In this document: one piece after another, positions 59,238 to 64,000 of the stretch
Position numbering within the stretch: position 1 is the first letter of the stretch
Layout of the letters: the number at the start of each line of letters is the position of its first letter
Source: Propionibacteriales bacterium
GTDB taxonomy: Bacteria; Actinomycetota; Actinomycetes; Propionibacteriales; Nocardioidaceae
Direction of reading: 5' to 3'
DNA: 64,000 nucleotides
Assembly (NCBI GenBank): GCA_038259535.1
Contig: JBBSOR010000003.1
Span: forward strand, 10,946-74,945
The notes under the pieces: generated by a model
Database searches by the model: none
Told to the model about the DNA's origin: nothing
The model's input: the letters and a program-made list of their open reading frames with translations, nothing else
Translations under genes and position numbers: made by a program

Positions 59238-60340
59238 GCCTCTGCCTCCGCCTGGGCCGGGCCCTCCGCGGGCGGCTGCTGGTCCTCGTCGCTGGACTGT
59301 GGCGCGGGGCGCTCGTCCTCACGCATCCACACGACGCGTTGGGCGAAGGGGATCTCGATGCCCTCGTGGTCGAAACGAGCCTTGATCCGCTGTCGCATCT
59401 CGCGCGCCACGGCCCACTGCTCCAGCGGCGCGGTCTTCATCGCCACACGTACGACGACGGCGTCGGCGCCGAGCTCCTGCACGCCCCACACCGACGGCGC
59501 CTCGATGACGCGGCCCGTGAAGTCCTCGTCCTCCCACAGCCCACGGCCCACATCAGCCAGCACCCGCTGCACGTGCGCAAGGTCCTCGCCGTAGGCGACG
59601 CCGATGTCGAGGACGGTGCGCGCCCAGTTCTGGCTCATGTTGCCCACGCGCAGGATCTCGCCGTTGCGGACGTACCAGACGGTGCCGTTGACATCGCGCA
59701 ACCGGGTGACTCGCAGGCCCACGGCCTCGACGGTGCCGAGGGCCTCGCCGAGGTTGACCTCGTCGCCGACGCCGTACTGGTCCTCGAAGATCATGAAGAT
59801 CCCCGACAGGAAGTCCTTCACCAGCGCCTGCGAGCCGAAGCCGAGCGCCACGCCGATGATTCCGGCGCTGGCGATCAGCGGGGCGATGTCGTAGCCCAGC
59901 TCGGACATGGCCATCAGTGCGATGACGGTGAAGACCACGCCCGAGACGATGCTCTTGAGGAGCGAGCCCATCGTGGCCGCCCTCTGGACCCGCCGGGTCT
60001 GTCCCACGTCGTCGCCCACGTTGAACGCGGCTCCCACCCGGCCGCCGGCGATCCTGCGGCTGAGGCGGGTGGGGAGCACACCGGTCCCGGCGCGCCTGAT
60101 GATGCGGTCGATGAGGCGGTGGAGCACCCACCGGATCAGGAGTCCGATGAGGATCAGTCCCGCCAGGGCGCTCGGCTTCCCGACGATCCAGTCCGAGATC
60201 GTGGCGAGCGGTTGGCTGCCGGTCTGCTCCAGCACCCAGGTGCAGATGTTCTCGTCGGTCGAGCAGGTCATGAGGGTGTTGGTCCGGCTCCCGGAGACCT
60301 CGGTCACAGTGACGAACGGGGCGAAGAGGGGGTGAGGCAT
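59234..60340 (-). CDS. MscS family mechanosensitive channel
   Basis: ALGFGSQALVKDFLSG, EDQYGVGD, GLRVTRLRD, RNGEI. Confidence 0.9.
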   Translation of the reverse strand: MPHPLFAPFVTVTEVSGSRTNTLMTCSTDENICTWVLEQTGSQPLATISDWIVGKPSALAGLILIGLLIRWVLHRLIDRIIRRAGTGVLPTRLSRRIAGGRVGAAFNVGDDVGQTRRVQRAATMGSLLKSIVSGVVFTVIALMAMSELGYDIAPLIASAGIIGVALGFGSQALVKDFLSGIFMIFEDQYGVGDEVNLGEALGTVEAVGLRVTRLRDVNGTVWYVRNGEILRVGNMSQNWARTVLDIGVAYGEDLAHVQRVLADVGRGLWEDEDFTGRVIEAPSVWGVQELGADAVVVRVAMKTAPLEQWAVAREMRQRIKARFDHEGIEIPFAQRVVWMREDERPAPQSSDEDQQPPAEGPAQAEAEA

Positions 60341-60371
60341 GCCGGCCAGTATGGGCGATACCCTTCTGCTC

Positions 60372-60764
60372 GTGACCACGCCCGTCAGCTCACCCCAGAC
60401 TCCTCGGCGCTCGTCCTCGCACGCCCGCGCCCGTCACCTCCGGCGTGCAGCGGTGCTCGCCACCGTGCCGGCGCTGGTGCTCCTGGCCACGCCGGCCCAC
60501 GCCGACATGCCCGACGGCTGGGCACCGGTCACCGACGTCAACGACCTGCACGCCCTCCTGCTCCTCGTGGGGGGCCCGCTGCTGCTCTTCGTGCTGATCG
60601 TGCTCGCGGTCTACCTGCCGGTCATGGTCCGCGGTGAGAAGCTGCTGCCCGACCACTCGGCCGGCCCGGCCCGGTGGATCGGCGGGCCCCGCCAGGGGAT
60701 CGCCGAGCTTCCGGCAGCAGACGGCGACGACTCGCGGGCCGGTGGCGCACGTGGCAGCTGGTGA
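60372..60764 (+). CDS. CtaJ-like small membrane protein
   Basis: TM segment LVGGPLLLFVLI and C-terminal GGARGSW; synteny with DUF5130 and pepN as in mycobacteria; start uncertain. Confidence 0.65.
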   Translation: MTTPVSSPQTPRRSSSHARARHLRRAAVLATVPALVLLATPAHADMPDGWAPVTDVNDLHALLLLVGGPLLLFVLIVLAVYLPVMVRGEKLLPDHSAGPARWIGGPRQGIAELPAADGDDSRAGGARGSW

Positions 60765-61134
60765 GCCGCTGAGCGAGGCCGACCGCCTCTCCCTCGACCG
60801 GGCCATCCGGCTCGCCGAGCAGGCGTGCCGCTTCGAGTTCTCCGTCTACGTCGGCCCGGCCGAGGGCGACGACACCCGTGCGTGGGCCACGCGCCTGCAC
60901 AACCGGCTCGTCGCTCCCGCGCGGAGCGTGCTGATCCTGGTCGACACGGGCCGCCGGGTCACCGAGGTCGTCACGGGCGGCGACGTACGCCTTCATCTCA
61001 GCGACGCCGAGGTCGAGCTGGCCGTCCTGGCGATGTCGTCGGAGTTCGGCGCGGGCAACCTGCTCGCCGGGCTCGAGCGCGGGATCGCGATGCTCGCCGA
61101 GCACGCGCGTCCCCAGAACACCCTCCACGCCTGA
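60751..61134 (+). CDS. DUF5130/TPM-fold protein (CtaI-like)
   Basis: FSVYVG, SVLILVD, RVTEVVTG, LAVLAMSSEFGAGNLLAGL. Confidence 0.8.
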   Translation: MAAGEPLSEADRLSLDRAIRLAEQACRFEFSVYVGPAEGDDTRAWATRLHNRLVAPARSVLILVDTGRRVTEVVTGGDVRLHLSDAEVELAVLAMSSEFGAGNLLAGLERGIAMLAEHARPQNTLHA

Positions 61135-61136
61135 CA

Positions 61137-61251
61137 CCGACCGGGCCCATCTGTCCGGTCTGAAACGCCGACCGGGCGCATCTGTCCGGACTGAAACGCC
61201 GACCGGGCGCTTCTTTCCCCGACGAAGGGAAGGAAGCGCCCGGTCGGCGTT
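61137..61251. repeat. 31-bp tandem repeat (about 2.5 copies) ending in an 18-bp inverted repeat; probable bidirectional terminator
   Basis: CCGACCGGGCSCATCTGTCCGGWCTGAAACG at 61137 and 61168, partial copy at 61199; AACGCCGACCGGGCGCTT pairs with AAGCGCCCGGTCGGCGTT. Confidence 0.8.
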
Positions 61252-61274
61252 CGTCACGGGAACTGTGTGCCCGC

Positions 61275-63842
61275 TCAGCTGGCGTCGTGCTCCTGGGCGG
61301 CGAGGGCCCGGGCGATCTCGGCCCGCGCCTCGCCGACGTAGCGCTGCGCGCTCTTGGGGGCGTGGTTGTCGGCGAGCCACTCGTCGAGGCGCGCCAGCGT
61401 GGCCGCCGAGCCGAGCGGCCGGGGGAAGCCGTACTCGAGCACGGCCGAGGCCTTGTGGAAGCCGAGCGTGTCGATCAGCGTGTCCGCGGCAGCGAGGAAC
61501 TTCTCGAGGTAGGGCTCGAGGACGTCCTCCTGGCCGAAGCGGAAGATCGACAGCGACATCTCGCGCATCGTCTCGTTGGGCGTGGCCGGGTCGACGATCG
61601 CGTTCCAGCCGGCCTCCTTGGCCTCCGCCGTCGGCTGGGCGACGCGCGCCGCGGCCGCCGCCTCCTGCCCCGAGATGGTCTTGTCGACGTCGAGCTCGGC
61701 GTCGATCTCGGCGTCGCCGAAGCGTCCGGTCTTGGCCAGAGCGGTGATCAGCGTCCAGCGCATGTCCTGGTCGATGGCCAGACCCTCGACGGTGAACGAC
61801 CCGTCCAGGAGGCCGATCAGCTCACCGAGCGCGTCATCGCTGTGGGCGGCAGCGGCGTAGGACCGAGCGAAGGTGAGCTGGTGGTCGCTGTCGGGCTCGG
61901 CAGCCAGCAGCAGCCCGCGCAGGCCCGACTCCCACGTGGCCCGGAGTGCCTCGCGGCGGGCCGGGTCGGAGTAGAGGTTCACCGCCAGGGCGGTGGAGGC
62001 GGGGATGCGGGTGACGGCCCACGCGTCAGACTCCCGGCCGATGTTGGCGAGCACCAGGTCGACCCAGTCGTGGGTGCGCATCTCACCGTCGCGCGTCATG
62101 TCCCAGGTCGCGCCCCACACGAGCGCGCGCGGGAGCGAGTCCTCGAAGGTGGAGAGCGCCGAGATCGCGGTGGCGAGCGAGCGCTCGTCGAGGCGGATCT
62201 TGGCGTAGGCGTGGTCCTCGTCGTTGAGCAGCAGGAGCGCCGGCTGCTTCACGCCGACCAGCTCCGGGACGTCGGTGCTGGCGCCCTCGACGTCGATCTC
62301 GAGGTAGTCGCGGCGCACCAGGCGAGGTTCGCCGCTCCCGTCGGACACCGCGTCGTAGAGGCCGATGCCGAGACGGTGGCGCCGCAGCGTCGGCCAGTCG
62401 GGGTGGGCCGTCTGGGCCACGGCGAAGGAGCCGTACGTGCCGTCGGCGTCGAGCGCGAAGCTCGGCGCGAGCGTGTTGACGCCGGCGGTCTGCAGCCACT
62501 CCTGGGCCCAGCTCTGCAGCTCGCGACCGGAGGACTTCTCGAGCGTGGCGAGCAGGTCCTTGAACTCCGGGTTGCCGAACTCCCACTCCTTGAAGTAGGC
62601 GCGCAGGCCCTCGAGGAAGGGGTCGAGGCCCACCCACGCGACGAGCTGCTTGAGCACCGATGCGCCCTTGGCGTAGGTGATCATGTCGAAGTTGACCTCG
62701 ACGGCGTGCAGGTCGACGTTGTCGGCCGCGATCGGGTGCGTCGAGGGCAGCTGGTCGGCGCGATAGCCGGTCTGCTTGCGGGCGTTGGCGAAGCCGGTCC
62801 AGGCGTCGTCGAACTCGGTGGCGTTGGCCTCGCACCAGTAGCAGGCCCACTCCGCGAACGACTCGTTGAGCCAGAGGTCGTCCCACCACCTCATGGTGAC
62901 CAGGTCGCCGAACCACATGTGGGCCATCTCGTGGGTGATCACCGAGGCGCGGAACTCGAAGAACGAGCGGGCCTGTCGGCTGCGGGGGAGGTACTCGTCG
63001 CGCAACGTGACGCACCCGGCGTTCTCCATGGCGCCGGCGTTGTACTCCGGGACGTAGAGCTGGTCGTACTTCCCGAAGGGGTAGGGGTAGTCGAACTGCT
63101 CCTCGAAGAACGCGAAGCTCTGCTTGGTGAGCGTGACCAGCGCGGCCGTGTCCATGTGCTCCTTGACGGACTGGCGGCAGTAGTGGCCCAGCGGGATGGT
63201 GCCGAACTTGCCCTCGTAGGTGTCGAACTCACCGTGGTACTCGCCGGCGACGATGGCCGTGATGTAGGTCGACATCTTCTTGGTGGTCGGGAAGCTCCAC
63301 ACCGAGGAGCCGTCGCCGGCGTCCGTCGGTTCCGGGGTGGCGGCGTTGGAGACGACCACCCAGTGCGAGGGGGCCGTCACGGTGAAGGTGAAGACCGACT
63401 TGAGGTCGGGCTGCTCGAAGGTGGTGAACACGCGGCGGGCGTCCGGCACCTCGAACTGGCTGTAGAGGTAGACCTTGTCGTCGACCGGGTCGACGAAGCG
63501 GTGCAGGCCCTCGCCGGTGTTGGAGTAGGCGCAGTCGGCGGTGACGACCAGCGTGTTGGTGGCCGCCAGGTCATCGAGGGCGATGCGGTGGTCGACGTAC
63601 GCCGTCGCGGGGTCGAGGCTGCGTCCGTTGAGGGTGATCTCACGGACGTGCGGCGCGACCAGGTCGGCGAAGGTGCTCGCCCCCGGCTCGCGGCAGGTGA
63701 ACTCGAGGGTGGTGACGGAGCCGAAGGTGTCGTGCTCGGGCGCGGTGGCGCCGGTCAGGTCCAGGTCGACGGTGTACGCCGTGACGTCGAGGAGGGCGGC
63801 GCGAGTGGCCGCCTCGTCGCGGGTGAGATTGGTTCCAGGCAT
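61275..63842 (-). CDS. pepN: Aminopeptidase N (M1)
   Basis: [14 protein letters not shown]...[19 protein letters not shown]. Confidence 0.96.
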   Translation of the reverse strand: MPGTNLTRDEAATRAALLDVTAYTVDLDLTGATAPEHDTFGSVTTLEFTCREPGASTFADLVAPHVREITLNGRSLDPATAYVDHRIALDDLAATNTLVVTADCAYSNTGEGLHRFVDPVDDKVYLYSQFEVPDARRVFTTFEQPDLKSVFTFTVTAPSHWVVVSNAATPEPTDAGDGSSVWSFPTTKKMSTYITAIVAGEYHGEFDTYEGKFGTIPLGHYCRQSVKEHMDTAALVTLTKQSFAFFEEQFDYPYPFGKYDQLYVPEYNAGAMENAGCVTLRDEYLPRSRQARSFFEFRASVITHEMAHMWFGDLVTMRWWDDLWLNESFAEWACYWCEANATEFDDAWTGFANARKQTGYRADQLPSTHPIAADNVDLHAVEVNFDMITYAKGASVLKQLVAWVGLDPFLEGLRAYFKEWEFGNPEFKDLLATLEKSSGRELQSWAQEWLQTAGVNTLAPSFALDADGTYGSFAVAQTAHPDWPTLRRHRLGIGLYDAVSDGSGEPRLVRRDYLEIDVEGASTDVPELVGVKQPALLLLNDEDHAYAKIRLDERSLATAISALSTFEDSLPRALVWGATWDMTRDGEMRTHDWVDLVLANIGRESDAWAVTRIPASTALAVNLYSDPARREALRATWESGLRGLLLAAEPDSDHQLTFARSYAAAAHSDDALGELIGLLDGSFTVEGLAIDQDMRWTLITALAKTGRFGDAEIDAELDVDKTISGQEAAAAARVAQPTAEAKEAGWNAIVDPATPNETMREMSLSIFRFGQEDVLEPYLEKFLAAADTLIDTLGFHKASAVLEYGFPRPLGSAATLARLDEWLADNHAPKSAQRYVGEARAEIARALAAQEHDAS

Positions 63843-63901
63843 GGGCGCATCCTGCCACCGAGACCGGGAATAGCCGCGCTCGGCGAACACTTGGGCCTGA
63901 C

Positions 63902-64000
63902 ATGGCTACTGCTGACCTGTGGTTCGACCCGCTCTGCCCGTTCGCCTGGATCACCTCGCGCTGGATCCGCGAGGTCGAGCAGGTCCGTGACGTCGACGTG
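63902..64000 (+). CDS. DsbA-like mycothiol-dependent reductase, Rv2466c-like (3' partial)
   Basis: [21 protein letters not shown]; divergent from pepN. Confidence 0.85.
   Translation, partial: MATADLWFDPLCPFAWITSRWIREVEQVRDVDV

Noticed and set aside
61137-61251. Possible mini-CRISPR array
   Set aside because: Units are contiguous with no unique spacers, and there are no cas genes
63867-63893. SigH/SigR-type promoter upstream of the Rv2466c-like gene (GGAAT-N18-CTTG)
   Set aside because: The -10 element lacks the conserved G of GTT; suggestive from synteny but not supportable

Overview
High-GC actinobacterial chromosome window, probably Nocardioides or a relative (inferred from gene order and protein style, not from a database search). 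The conserved backbone runs DUF2017, mec-cysO-cysM, murI, MBL hydrolase, rph, rdgB, tRNA-Leu, bcp, DUF3618, groES-like, then orn, DsbA, adenosine deaminase, Xaa-Pro aminopeptidase, PrsW plus a dynamin-like GTPase pair, ssb, ettA, thiolase, glbO, MscS, CtaJ/CtaI-like genes, pepN and an Rv2466c-like gene. Four tRNA genes (Leu-TAG, Lys-CTT, His-GTG, Arg-TCT) flank accessory segments. These carry tandem GAF-ANTAR genes; two DUF4915/TIGR03032 paralogs (one lacking the conserved His residues) between two secreted adhesin- or protease-like proteins; a DevR-box ADH/USP pair; two SulP modules under different regulators; and a CstR-like persulfide-handling cluster with an MMPL transporter and a 60-aa Cys-rich protein. 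Features missing from the ORF track include a Cys-containing leader peptide upstream of a DAACS transporter, a LuxR HTH remnant, a GPGG small membrane protein and several operator palindromes. No integrase, transposase or CRISPR array was seen.
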